Sequence record: MN871444.1
Strand: one strand, 5' to 3'
DNA: 64,000 nucleotides
A model generated the notes under the pieces. It was not told where the DNA came from. It saw only the letters and a program-made list of their open reading frames with translations, and searched no databases. Shown one piece after another: positions 18,511-27,439 of the stretch. A program made the position numbers and the translations under genes. How positions within the stretch are numbered: position 1 is the stretch's first letter; every line of letters starts with the position of its first letter.

Positions 18511-18599
18511 CTTACCAACCACTAATAATTAATCAGAAAGCGTTTTAGAGTAGTTAAAAAAGACATATCCGATTAATTGTAGGACGGATACAAAAACTC

Positions 18600-18616
18600 T
18601 TTACATTTATATTACT
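18600..18616 (+). promoter_or_regulatory. early-type promoter (TATATTAC)
   Basis: exact TATATTAC at 18608-18615 in an AT-rich intergenic region. Confidence 0.6.
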
Positions 18617-18652
18617 ACAATGATTACCAGTCATAAATTCCTGGAGTACGTA

Positions 18653-19048
18653 ATGTACATAAATGATAACAGAAGTTATCGGGCAGTTTATTTGTTTGAC
18701 GTTAGCGAATCATTGCGGGACTTGGATGATATCATCGCCACCAACTTTCAAATGCCTGATGACAGGATGCGCGGACAAATCATAATTTTGGGTATTGTCC
18801 AAGCAATGAAGCAATGGGGTTTGCCTGGTCTGAAAATAAATCCATCAACCTATATTCAAGGAGAGGAATGGTTCCATTGGGAAGCCCTTGGCGAATCCAT
18901 CATTGATTTACTAAACGACATGTCTCTTTATTTTCGAACTCGACATGGCCAGACACTGTATCGGTATTGTTCTTCCATCCCGACTTTAGAAATCGATGAT
19001 ATTATTCTGGATGAAGGAAACATCTTCTTCTGCTTTGAGGCAATATAA
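18653..19048 (+). CDS. acidic alpha/beta paralogue-array member 1
   Basis: GGAG SD; N-terminal strand VYLFDV, C-terminal hairpin IDDIILDEGNIFFCF. Confidence 0.7.
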   Translation: MYINDNRSYRAVYLFDVSESLRDLDDIIATNFQMPDDRMRGQIIILGIVQAMKQWGLPGLKINPSTYIQGEEWFHWEALGESIIDLLNDMSLYFRTRHGQTLYRYCSSIPTLEIDDIILDEGNIFFCFEAI

Positions 19049-19611
19049 TGGAAAACACCAACGTATTACTCGCAACAGGCGTGGTTGCCGATAACATCCG
19101 ATATCAATCAGAGCTTTTATTCCAACCAGTAGGGCTGGCACCGCTGACTCAACAAGAAGCCATCGCTATCGTGCACCGGATGATGGGTGAACTCATCGAA
19201 GTTACGCAGGCGTGGAGTCGTCGTCAGATGATATCGTGGCCCACCATTTTAGAAGTTTGTCGACCTGAGTTATTACATACGCATTTGGAAATCCTCTGGC
19301 CAACCAACTGGACGCCAACAAATGAAGACGATGAGCCTCCATACTGCCCCCTGGCCGATGTATTTGTTTCGGAGATACTGGGAAGCGCAGTGAATGTGCT
19401 GGACCATCGTATCCTGCGAGCTATTGTGCGGGACACAAAAAGCTGGGATGTATTTACATTAATTCCGATTGGCGATACTGGTGACCTCATCTTAAAAAAT
19501 GAGGGGGATTACCGCATCATGGACTGGATGCAACGATATCAAAATATTGAAGACGAAAAAGCTCGTAGAGAGGCATTGGCCTGGAGTAAACGTAATGGGT
19601 ATGGACTATGA
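19048..19611 (+). CDS. conserved hypothetical protein (array member 2)
   Basis: 1-nt overlap; WDVFT..DLILKNEGDYRI.DW C-terminus. Confidence 0.75.
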   Translation: MENTNVLLATGVVADNIRYQSELLFQPVGLAPLTQQEAIAIVHRMMGELIEVTQAWSRRQMISWPTILEVCRPELLHTHLEILWPTNWTPTNEDDEPPYCPLADVFVSEILGSAVNVLDHRILRAIVRDTKSWDVFTLIPIGDTGDLILKNEGDYRIMDWMQRYQNIEDEKARREALAWSKRNGYGL

Positions 19612-20056
19612 AGAGTTTGGGGAGTTACTGGATAAACTAACTGGGCCTTCCGTTGACCCAGAGCCGGAGCCACCGAAACCAGCATCAGTTTGTTTGTCAT
19701 TTGAAGACGTCATTGAATATGCCAATTTAGAGTTGGAGCGCATCAATGACGTAGCGGCCATCGCATTTAATGCTCAATCAATGTTGTTGCCCATTCTAAC
19801 CGAAGTATTTTATCCGGAAAAAACACGGATGGCTGGAAGAATGCGGACGATTACTGAACTTGAGCATTATGGTCTTCCGACTCTAGTCGCTGAATCGTTT
19901 TATAATGACTGCCGCGATCGGGTTTTAAATAAAGTATTGATGTATTACCCGGATGGAGTACATCAAGTCAATACTGGATTTTCGTTCATGTCGCCTATGG
20001 ATGTTTTATTTATGCCGGTAAGATTATCGGAGGTAAAGCATGGTCGTTGGGGATAA
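19595..20056 (+). CDS. array member 3
   Basis: GGAG SD before ATG 19595; overlapping genes. Confidence 0.65.
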   Translation: MGMDYEEFGELLDKLTGPSVDPEPEPPKPASVCLSFEDVIEYANLELERINDVAAIAFNAQSMLLPILTEVFYPEKTRMAGRMRTITELEHYGLPTLVAESFYNDCRDRVLNKVLMYYPDGVHQVNTGFSFMSPMDVLFMPVRLSEVKHGRWG

Positions 20057-20522
20057 ACCGCATTGTTGGATCACGACAGTACAGCCCACGGACGGGCTGT
20101 TTGACTATCACTGTTTACTCGCACTTACGGGCTTCGCCATCGGTTCTACGGAACTCATGGCTGAAGCCCTGCGTTATGCCCTGGCCATGGTGAATCCATT
20201 GGAAGATGAGCCGGTAGACGCAGAAGCGCTTTGGGAAAATATAGTCGAGTATATTCGTGAGCTTTCGCCTGAGGTACTGGAACAATACCTCTATCTGCGT
20301 CGTTGTAGCTGGTTTGATTTTGTACAATTAGAAGCAGATGCCATTACGCGGGCAGTGGTCGCCGTCGCACAGGAGTACAGCGAAATTATTAGGCCCATGA
20401 TTGACTGTGGGGTGATTCCAAGAAGCATCACTGATATCATCGTTATTGCTGATACTGCGTACATTTATTATTACCCAGAGGTAACGTCTAGGGAAACTAA
20501 CCATCGGATACTTACGCCATGA
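20040..20522 (+). CDS. array member 4
   Basis: GGAGG SD; C-terminal ITDIIVIADTAYIYY. Confidence 0.75.
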   Translation: MVVGDKPHCWITTVQPTDGLFDYHCLLALTGFAIGSTELMAEALRYALAMVNPLEDEPVDAEALWENIVEYIRELSPEVLEQYLYLRRCSWFDFVQLEADAITRAVVAVAQEYSEIIRPMIDCGVIPRSITDIIVIADTAYIYYYPEVTSRETNHRILTP

Positions 20523-20887
20523 GGCCAAATACTGTTATCTTAAATCCCATTTTTATCCCAGGCGTGGTGCCCCACCTGTTACGTGATTCCAGGATTTATG
20601 TTCAGGAGCTATTCAGTGTGGTGAATATGTCCGAACAACAACATCAGTGTTGGGACCAGTGGGAATCGGTAAACCAAGCCATCGATGAACAATATCCGGA
20701 TTTAGATTACGACATAATCGGAGACATCACCAATGAAGTCATTAAAGGTGCAATAAATGAATTCGACCAGCTGAAATCCATAATGCGTGATTTGGAACAA
20801 AAAGAAGGCGGGTATTGTGATTTCGTTGTTATGGTGGTCGACCCCACCTGTATTGCGGTGGAGGTAACCATGTATGCGCCGTTTTAA
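20519..20887 (+). CDS. array member 5
   Basis: ATGA overlap; TVILN strand, EQYPDL motif. Confidence 0.75.
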   Translation: MRPNTVILNPIFIPGVVPHLLRDSRIYVQELFSVVNMSEQQHQCWDQWESVNQAIDEQYPDLDYDIIGDITNEVIKGAINEFDQLKSIMRDLEQKEGGYCDFVVMVVDPTCIAVEVTMYAPF

Positions 20888-21233
20888 TATTGTTTATCCG
20901 TCGACATTGGGGCTTTTGGACTATTACCCCAATATCGGTTCTAAAACGGCCTTCATTAATTTGATATTTTGGATTATTCAAGACCTCACATTAGAAACTC
21001 CCGAAGCCTTGGACAAACAAGACATCGTGGATATTCTAGAGTGGGATTACCCTGATTTACCCCCACATCAAATTGAGGTGTTGGCCCAATGTATTCAACA
21101 TACTGTTTTGCTTTTTTGGAATCGTTATCGTCCTTGGTTTGTTGAAATAGGAAGGATTCATCGTGATAGCATCGTCCGACTCAATGAAGTTAATCGCCAC
21201 GCCACCATTTTCTCAGTCACCCCGATACACTAG
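20874..21233 (+). CDS. array member 6
   Basis: GGAGG SD; WDYPDL motif, C-terminal NRHATIFSV. Confidence 0.75.
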   Translation: MRRFNIVYPSTLGLLDYYPNIGSKTAFINLIFWIIQDLTLETPEALDKQDIVDILEWDYPDLPPHQIEVLAQCIQHTVLLFWNRYRPWFVEIGRIHRDSIVRLNEVNRHATIFSVTPIH

Positions 21234-21591
21234 AGTAATTATCGATACTCCGGCAGAAATGGTGTTTGATTGTCCAAATGGGGTTGCTTTTGACAAATTC
21301 ATCGATACGGTATTGGTGATCATTCAACTCGCCAAAAGTAAGTACGTGCTGGCGGCGCATCCAGAAAAAATTACAGCGCTTATTCTTAAGATATATCCTG
21401 AATTCGGTAATCATTATTGTGAAATGATCAGTAAAAGAGTATTGGCCGCAGCCACGGTGCACTACCACACCCTTAAACCAATACTGCCCACCGATATAAA
21501 TCTGGACACGATATATCGCGTCGCAGCCATGGATAAACATGCTACGGTATTGGTGCCAAGAGGAATTCAAAATGATTACTTACGTCTTTGA
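21163..21591 (+). CDS. array member 7 (start uncertain)
   Basis: GTG with AGGAAGG SD; KIYPEF motif, C-terminal DKHATVLV. Confidence 0.65.
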   Translation: MIASSDSMKLIATPPFSQSPRYTRVIIDTPAEMVFDCPNGVAFDKFIDTVLVIIQLAKSKYVLAAHPEKITALILKIYPEFGNHYCEMISKRVLAAATVHYHTLKPILPTDINLDTIYRVAAMDKHATVLVPRGIQNDYLRL

Positions 21592-22018
21592 ACTATATCC
21601 GTTTGTCGAGGCTAATCCCGATGTCGCCATTGGGGTATACCCTTATCATGTTTTTCTCCGGGATGTGATCTGGCTATGTCAAGAACCAGAGATGAAAGCA
21701 TCTTCGGAGCTATACCAATCTATATTCGATGTAATGGAAATCGTCGATCCCACTGTTTCAGTGTCAAAAGTAGGGGATGTCCTAAGATGCATATGTCAGA
21801 CAGCAGAGAAATTAAAACCATGGCTAAGCCCCACACTAAAAACATTCGGGAGCGAACCAATTCCGCTATCGCGACTCGAGGTGGTATCGGTATCGGTAAC
21901 CGGGGGGGTAATACTACAACTGCGGAATACGGATGGATCATCTTATCCGTTGGAGAAAAGATGGCCATTCTGCGAGGAATCCTCAACCTCCCGGCCTTGT
22001 ATTTCGACGATGCCTTAA
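21572..22018 (+). CDS. array member 8
   Basis: GAGGA SD; YVFEL strand, LEVVSVSVTGGVILQL hairpin. Confidence 0.7.
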   Translation: MITYVFELYPFVEANPDVAIGVYPYHVFLRDVIWLCQEPEMKASSELYQSIFDVMEIVDPTVSVSKVGDVLRCICQTAEKLKPWLSPTLKTFGSEPIPLSRLEVVSVSVTGGVILQLRNTDGSSYPLEKRWPFCEESSTSRPCISTMP

Positions 22019-22362
22019 CCTTAACCTGTACGGGTTGGGAAAATTACTATGTGCAACACCGCCAGGAAACAAAACAGTTTCTCTTTTATGACGTGGAAGA
22101 ATTATTGTCTGCCGCGATAGAAGAGTGCTTCGTAGACCAGGCGGAATACGACACAAGTAGTGCTGCCTTTAATACAATAAGTCAGGTGCAATTCATCACG
22201 GATCATCTGTATGATGCAATGCAGTTACTCGATGATACACTTACCACTAATCTTAGCGATCGCCTGGATGATCAACACCAGATTGGTCTTGTGCGAACGG
22301 TTGGCGAAGATTTAGCCATAAGGATAGACCGTGTTTGCTACTTTGACAAAAACAGAAAATAA
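21961..22362 (+). CDS. array member 9
   Basis: GGAG SD before ATG 21961; IGLVRTVGEDLAIRI hairpin. Confidence 0.7.
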   Translation: MAILRGILNLPALYFDDALTLTCTGWENYYVQHRQETKQFLFYDVEELLSAAIEECFVDQAEYDTSSAAFNTISQVQFITDHLYDAMQLLDDTLTTNLSDRLDDQHQIGLVRTVGEDLAIRIDRVCYFDKNRK

Positions 22363-22681
22363 ATGGTTAATCATAGACCTCTGTGGACTTATCCAGGAGG
22401 TCGCGGATAGAGTACAACGTTTTAAGATAGACCCGGATAAGCTTATATCAATCGCTGTGTTTCACCTTAACTCACGAGAAAGCCCGATTGTGGTAGACCC
22501 CGTGTTTGAAGACATGGATGATGAAGTGCTCACCAACAATGATGCATGGGATTTGGTTGAGCGGCAAATAGCATTGTTAACCCAAGAACTAGAAGTTCGG
22601 GTATCATCCGATATTTCTAATATAATGCAATATGAGTACTTGGAAGATGGCCTAGCCTTAAAGTACTGCTGCGAGAATTGA
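22331..22681 (+). CDS. array member 10
   Basis: GTG with AAGGA SD; LIIDL strand, YEYLEDGLALKY hairpin. Confidence 0.7.
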   Translation: MFATLTKTENKWLIIDLCGLIQEVADRVQRFKIDPDKLISIAVFHLNSRESPIVVDPVFEDMDDEVLTNNDAWDLVERQIALLTQELEVRVSSDISNIMQYEYLEDGLALKYCCEN

Positions 22682-23055
22682 TTATGACTACATATGTCGT
22701 CGATGAAACATCTTCTCGAGATGTTATTGAGAAAACAATGGCATTGTTGTTTGACCCCGACGAATGCCTAGCGTGGGAACATATTAACTTGGCAATAAAA
22801 ACAGCCAATAATGTCATCCGTGCTTTTTTTACTGACCCCGGCGACATATTGAGCGTAGTTAAAGGGGCTGTCGGCATCTACGATGAGAGTGATGATTGGT
22901 TGACTGAAGACCATCCTCAGTTTATCGAATTGATAGAGGCCTGCGATGAACTAGTCATGGCGGTTGATGTACTGGTGGATGACCTACAACTACCTAGCCG
23001 TATCAGCAAAGTCAAAATTGGTGATAATGAAGGCATGGTACTCATTATTGTTTGA
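22678..23055 (+). CDS. array member 11
   Basis: overlap with the upstream stop; YVVDE strand, ISKVKIGDNEGMVLII hairpin. Confidence 0.7.
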   Translation: MIMTTYVVDETSSRDVIEKTMALLFDPDECLAWEHINLAIKTANNVIRAFFTDPGDILSVVKGAVGIYDESDDWLTEDHPQFIELIEACDELVMAVDVLVDDLQLPSRISKVKIGDNEGMVLIIV

Positions 23056-23085
23056 TGATATAACTCTTCTCTGGAGCTGACCCCC

Positions 23086-23514
23086 ATGCCACAAATTCTT
23101 AATAAAATGGACATTGGCGATACCGTCACCTTCGACGTTTATCCCGCTGCCATTCTAGGCACGCAGTTTAAAAACTGCACTATCTTAGCAATCCTCGACT
23201 ACGATACCGTTAAGTTGATGAACATCGACCCTGACGCCATGCATGCGAAAGTGGTCGGGTATCTTCCAGCGGCACAAAAACAGGGTAGCTGGGCTAAAGC
23301 TACCGGTTACCCTTGGATTCGTATTCGTTTAGCGAATGGCACGGTAACTGCTATCGGGCAAACCTGGATTAATGCCGACACTATCGTAATCAACGAATCA
23401 CTAACCATCACGCTGGTCTTAACAGACGCCAATCAAACGGATATTGATAAGCTCTCGGTTATGATGTCGGCTAACGGCTACGACGCCACCAAGTATTCGA
23501 TTACCAGTAGTTAA
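23086..23514 (+). CDS. conserved jumbo-phage protein (possible SH3-like fold)
   Basis: GGAG SD; IGDTVTFDVYP..ILG N-terminus; directly upstream of the DNA polymerase as in phiKZ-like phages. Confidence 0.75.
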   Translation: MPQILNKMDIGDTVTFDVYPAAILGTQFKNCTILAILDYDTVKLMNIDPDAMHAKVVGYLPAAQKQGSWAKATGYPWIRIRLANGTVTAIGQTWINADTIVINESLTITLVLTDANQTDIDKLSVMMSANGYDATKYSITSS

Positions 23515-23602
23515 AAAAATACTGAGCTACCCTATTGTTTAGTAGGTCCCAGGAAAACAGTACTCATGCGTAGTGCACCATTTTTATCCCCTAAACTTAT
23601 TT

Positions 23603-23628
23603 GCCTCTCCTTCGGGAGAGGCTTTTTT
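23603..23628 (+). terminator. canonical intrinsic terminator
   Basis: GCCTCTCC-TTCG-GGAGAGGC + T8. Confidence 0.9.
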
Positions 23629-23698
23629 TTCGCCTTTTTATTTTTTTACTTCACACATACATCCTGTACTAGATAACGAATAAATAGGATTGTGAAAC

Positions 23699-25933
23699 AT
23701 GCGCTCGCCATTCCTTTATCCTGAAGACGCGGATTACAAACGCGATTTTGCTATTTTTGGCAGGTATATTAAAGACGCTGCCTTTTTACTGCACAAGCAA
23801 ACGGGGTACGACTTAGAGTACTGTACGGATTGGGTACGTAAATCAATCAACAAGGGTGGGAAGCACGAAGCAAAAAACCCCAAAGCGTTCATACTCAATT
23901 CCGAAAATAATGGTAATCGCAAACGCCAGGTGACGACGGTTACCGAATACATTGCAAATATTGTTAAGAACAATAAAATTGTTGCGCCGTCAATGACGGT
24001 GTATTCGCACCCGAAACAGAAAAAATCATTACTTGCTGAATTTATTTTGCATAAACTGGACATGCGTAAGAAAGCCAAAAAGGAAATGTTCCTGGCTGAA
24101 AAACAAATGAACGAAGCAAATAGGCTTGTAAAAGAAGCAACCGCGAACAATGATACCACGATGGCTTCGCAACAAGCGATTGTAGCGGCAACGATGTCCA
24201 CAGAAAAAGCGTATTTCAACTGTTTACAGACATCAGCAAAAATTGCAGCAAACAGTTTATCTGGAACCTTTGGTTTTGCTGGGACCGTGTTGTTTAATAA
24301 GACTGCCCACTCGTCACTAACTTCCATTTGTCGGTGTGCGGCAAGTAATGCCAATGCGAACAATGAACGGTTCCTATCGGGTAACCGGCATTACTGGTCT
24401 CTGGAAGTCACGTTAAATAACATCGTTAATATCCTGACGACGGTAGATTGTAATCGGGTTCGCGAAATCGTAGAGCGCTATGGTTTAGTTTATCCTACAG
24501 TCGAACAAGTGGTTGAAGCTATTAGGGGATGTACTGATTATTACTGGAGTAAAAGCAGTCCTGCGTTATTTCAAAAAGTGGTGAATCTCGTACAGACGCT
24601 GACCCCAGAAGAACGCGCAGGCTACCTCTATAATCAAGACGCTTACCACGTGATGAAATGCAACGACGGTTTCTTTAGGACGTTGGTTGCTAAGATGATT
24701 ACCATCCCTGATGAATTACCTGACGATCCTAAATATTGGATGGATCTCATGGATGAAGATATTCTTATGTTTGCATCGCGGCTGTGTAGCCCATTTATGT
24801 CGGGTAAATCAGTAAAGGATTTAGAGAACGCTTATAATGAAGGAAAAAATAAAGATTATCTGCGCTTCGTTGCCGTCGTCAAAAATGTATTGGTGAACTT
24901 GCAGGATTACGCCGATTTCATTCAAACCTTCTGGGCCACGTCGAACCCACCTATGAGTTTGGCTATGATTCCGACCATGATGCGGCGATGTGCGGTATTG
25001 TCGGATACAGATTCTACTATTTTCACTACTCAGGATTGGACTACCTGGTACCAAGGCAAATTGGATTTCACGTATGAATCAGAATCCGTTTCCGCCTTGA
25101 TGGTTTATTTTACTAGCTGTATGACCACTCATTTATTGGCCATGCATTCATCCCAGATGGGTGTGGACCGTGAGCAGCTGTATACGCTGGCCATGAAATC
25201 AGAATTTGCTAACCCGTTATTAGGTCTCACCACCCGAGGCAAACACTATTACTCTTACGTCAGTGCCAAAGAAGGTAACGTCTATAGCGAATATGTTTTG
25301 GATATCAAAGGAGTGGGGTTACGTAACTCGAAACTACCACCTAACATCCGGGAATCTAGCGATGCACTTATTCGACATGTCATGGACACCATCATGAAAG
25401 GTGAAAAACTATCTGTTCATGAAATACTTACTAGAGTAGCCGATGAAGAACGTGAAATTATTCGTTCCATACATGCCGGTGAACCTACATACCTGTCGGT
25501 AGCAAAGATTAATACCGCCGATGCGTATAAACAAAAAGAGATGAACCCGACCTACCAGTTATACGGATTATGGGAACAGGTATTTGCACCCAAATATGGA
25601 CATGCTCCATTACCGCCATTTGATTGCGTGGCCGTGAACATTGACGCCAGCAATAAAACGGATATGGCCGCTTGGTTGAATGGTTCCGGGGATGAACAAT
25701 TTGCCCAACGATTTAGAAACTGGTTAGACGCAACGGGTAAAGATAAAATAACGCGCATTTTACTGCCTACCGAAATACTGAGAGTACATGGGTTACCTAA
25801 AGAAATTATTAATGCGTTAGATTTACGCAAAGTACTAATGAATTTAATGGATGCACACTACCTGATTTTGGAATCATTGGGTATCTTTATTCGCAACCAG
25901 CGCATTTCCCACCTCGTCTCTGATACTTATTGA
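23699..25933 (+). CDS. family-B DNA polymerase, C-terminal (fingers/palm/thumb) subunit, phiKZ gp50-like
   Basis: motif B KIAANSLSGTFG; motif C LSDTDSTIF; KHYY and KGVG palm/thumb motifs. Confidence 0.9.
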   Translation: MRSPFLYPEDADYKRDFAIFGRYIKDAAFLLHKQTGYDLEYCTDWVRKSINKGGKHEAKNPKAFILNSENNGNRKRQVTTVTEYIANIVKNNKIVAPSMTVYSHPKQKKSLLAEFILHKLDMRKKAKKEMFLAEKQMNEANRLVKEATANNDTTMASQQAIVAATMSTEKAYFNCLQTSAKIAANSLSGTFGFAGTVLFNKTAHSSLTSICRCAASNANANNERFLSGNRHYWSLEVTLNNIVNILTTVDCNRVREIVERYGLVYPTVEQVVEAIRGCTDYYWSKSSPALFQKVVNLVQTLTPEERAGYLYNQDAYHVMKCNDGFFRTLVAKMITIPDELPDDPKYWMDLMDEDILMFASRLCSPFMSGKSVKDLENAYNEGKNKDYLRFVAVVKNVLVNLQDYADFIQTFWATSNPPMSLAMIPTMMRRCAVLSDTDSTIFTTQDWTTWYQGKLDFTYESESVSALMVYFTSCMTTHLLAMHSSQMGVDREQLYTLAMKSEFANPLLGLTTRGKHYYSYVSAKEGNVYSEYVLDIKGVGLRNSKLPPNIRESSDALIRHVMDTIMKGEKLSVHEILTRVADEEREIIRSIHAGEPTYLSVAKINTADAYKQKEMNPTYQLYGLWEQVFAPKYGHAPLPPFDCVAVNIDASNKTDMAAWLNGSGDEQFAQRFRNWLDATGKDKITRILLPTEILRVHGLPKEIINALDLRKVLMNLMDAHYLILESLGIFIRNQRISHLVSDTY

Positions 25934-25987
25934 CGGCATAGGAGGAGAGGCTTTTGACCTCTCCTCCTAGGGGGGCTTTTATGCCGC
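25933..25987. terminator. bidirectional hairpin with TATGCCG tails
   Basis: ACGGCATA-GGAGGAGAGG..CCTCTCCTCC..TATGCCGC. Confidence 0.8.
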
Positions 25988-27064
25988 TGAGAAATACGGG
26001 GAAATATGTTCTAACAAATCCTGGTTGATATACCCAGAATCATCTCCGCGAATGCCAAGCAGCAATCGTTCTTGGTCGATTCGTTTGAGTGCAATCTGAA
26101 TATCGACCTCAGCATGCTTGTTGGCAACATGCCCAGTACCCATATCAAGCACTAGCAGTGTTTCCAATAATGGGGTTTCTCCGAACGTGGTTATCCATTT
26201 ATCCTGAGTCGTAGGGAGGACCCCAGTCAGCACTGTTTTCCTAACATCCTGAGAAAACGCCTGCGGAAAAACATCCAAAAGCCCAGAAAAACTTCTAGGT
26301 TTGACGGTGGACCATTCCACATAAGTAGAAATAACTTTGTCTACGAAGGTATACGGCGTAGCCAAATTGACAATCAGTTTCTTCTGTATGGGCAACGCAT
26401 CGATCCCGACTACCTGCTTCCGCACCAAATTAATAAATGCCACATCACATTGCGATGGAAGCATTCCTGGAAGTACATACTGATAGATAAAGTTAGCCGG
26501 GGTACCACGCATCCCTTCCGGCCGTTGGAGTTGGTCGCGTAGCCACATGCGATACATGAGTCCAAGTACTGGGACGTCAATACTAAATACGGCATACCCT
26601 GCAGAATAACCGTGATTGTCTGGAAGATGCAGATCTAAAGAAACGTAATCATTTCTAATGACCTTTACCGGAGATTGGGATTTCCAATCCTGGCTTACTT
26701 TATTTGGGTCTATAAATGATTCCACGGCAATATAGGCTTCTTTAGATGACCGCCCATAAAAACTTCCAGTGGAAGGAATATAACCACGGTTTGTTGGGGT
26801 AGTGATGCCCACCGCACGACAAGCGGCGTCATATCGATCCGTGATTAAATCATAATAAACTTCCGCCGGATGATACCACCCATCGGATAAATTATCTAAT
26901 AACTTAATTAGGATGTGTCTGCTATCGACCCAACCACCTGACTGTTGATAGTACTCCCGCATGCGAATGAAGTTGTTATTCAGCCTTTCTTTTATATAGC
27001 GCAACGGGGTTAGGGTGGGTCCGCCCACCTGTGGGCCTTGTACCGCCAAGACGTCCGTAAACAT
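25979..27064 (-). CDS. conserved virion-associated protein (phiKZ gp52-like by synteny)
   Basis: GGAG SD before ATG 27064; lies between polymerase and chimallin, opposite strand. Confidence 0.7.
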   Translation of the reverse strand: MFTDVLAVQGPQVGGPTLTPLRYIKERLNNNFIRMREYYQQSGGWVDSRHILIKLLDNLSDGWYHPAEVYYDLITDRYDAACRAVGITTPTNRGYIPSTGSFYGRSSKEAYIAVESFIDPNKVSQDWKSQSPVKVIRNDYVSLDLHLPDNHGYSAGYAVFSIDVPVLGLMYRMWLRDQLQRPEGMRGTPANFIYQYVLPGMLPSQCDVAFINLVRKQVVGIDALPIQKKLIVNLATPYTFVDKVISTYVEWSTVKPRSFSGLLDVFPQAFSQDVRKTVLTGVLPTTQDKWITTFGETPLLETLLVLDMGTGHVANKHAEVDIQIALKRIDQERLLLGIRGDDSGYINQDLLEHISPYFSAA

Positions 27065-27209
27065 GGGTCGGCTCCATTTAATGTAAAAAAATACACGGTT
27101 ATACATATACTGTAGAGGAAGTACCAACGACCTCTACGATTCCACTCGGAGTCGGAAAGGGTTGTGATGTCGTTTGGTTATCTTGGTATCGGTATGGGCT
27201 AAACCAATC

Positions 27210-27237
27210 CAAAATAATTAAACACCTATATCATTTT
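27210..27237 (+). promoter_or_regulatory. early-type promoter 1 upstream of chmA
   Basis: AAAATAATTAAACACC-TATATCAT. Confidence 0.65.
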
Positions 27238-27296
27238 TACGCATATCTATCGTGATGGCAAAACGCACTCCAAAAAATCGTGATTGTAAATTTACA

Positions 27297-27318
27297 TAAA
27301 CGTATATTACTTAGGTGA
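27297..27318 (+). promoter_or_regulatory. early-type promoter 2 upstream of chmA
   Basis: TATATTAC-TTAGGTGA, same downstream context as the 9477 promoter. Confidence 0.7.
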
Positions 27319-27439
27319 TGGGGGTGCGGTAGATTTTCTACAGCTCATCCGAACATTGTGTTCCAAACCGTCAATGGCGTCTTGGCCCGACGCAAAACAA
27401 CATTGACTCTATCTACTCCTTATAAGGGAAAATTAAATT

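Noticed and set aside
21105-21233. Frameshift linking array members 6 and 7 at the T6 run (21112-21117)
   Set aside because: The downstream frame has a stop at 21148-21150 and its own GTG with a good SD.
21676-21960. Long N-terminal extension of the 21676..22362 ORF
   Set aside because: Overlaps array member 8 almost entirely; ATG 21961 has a GGAG SD and gives a size matching the array.
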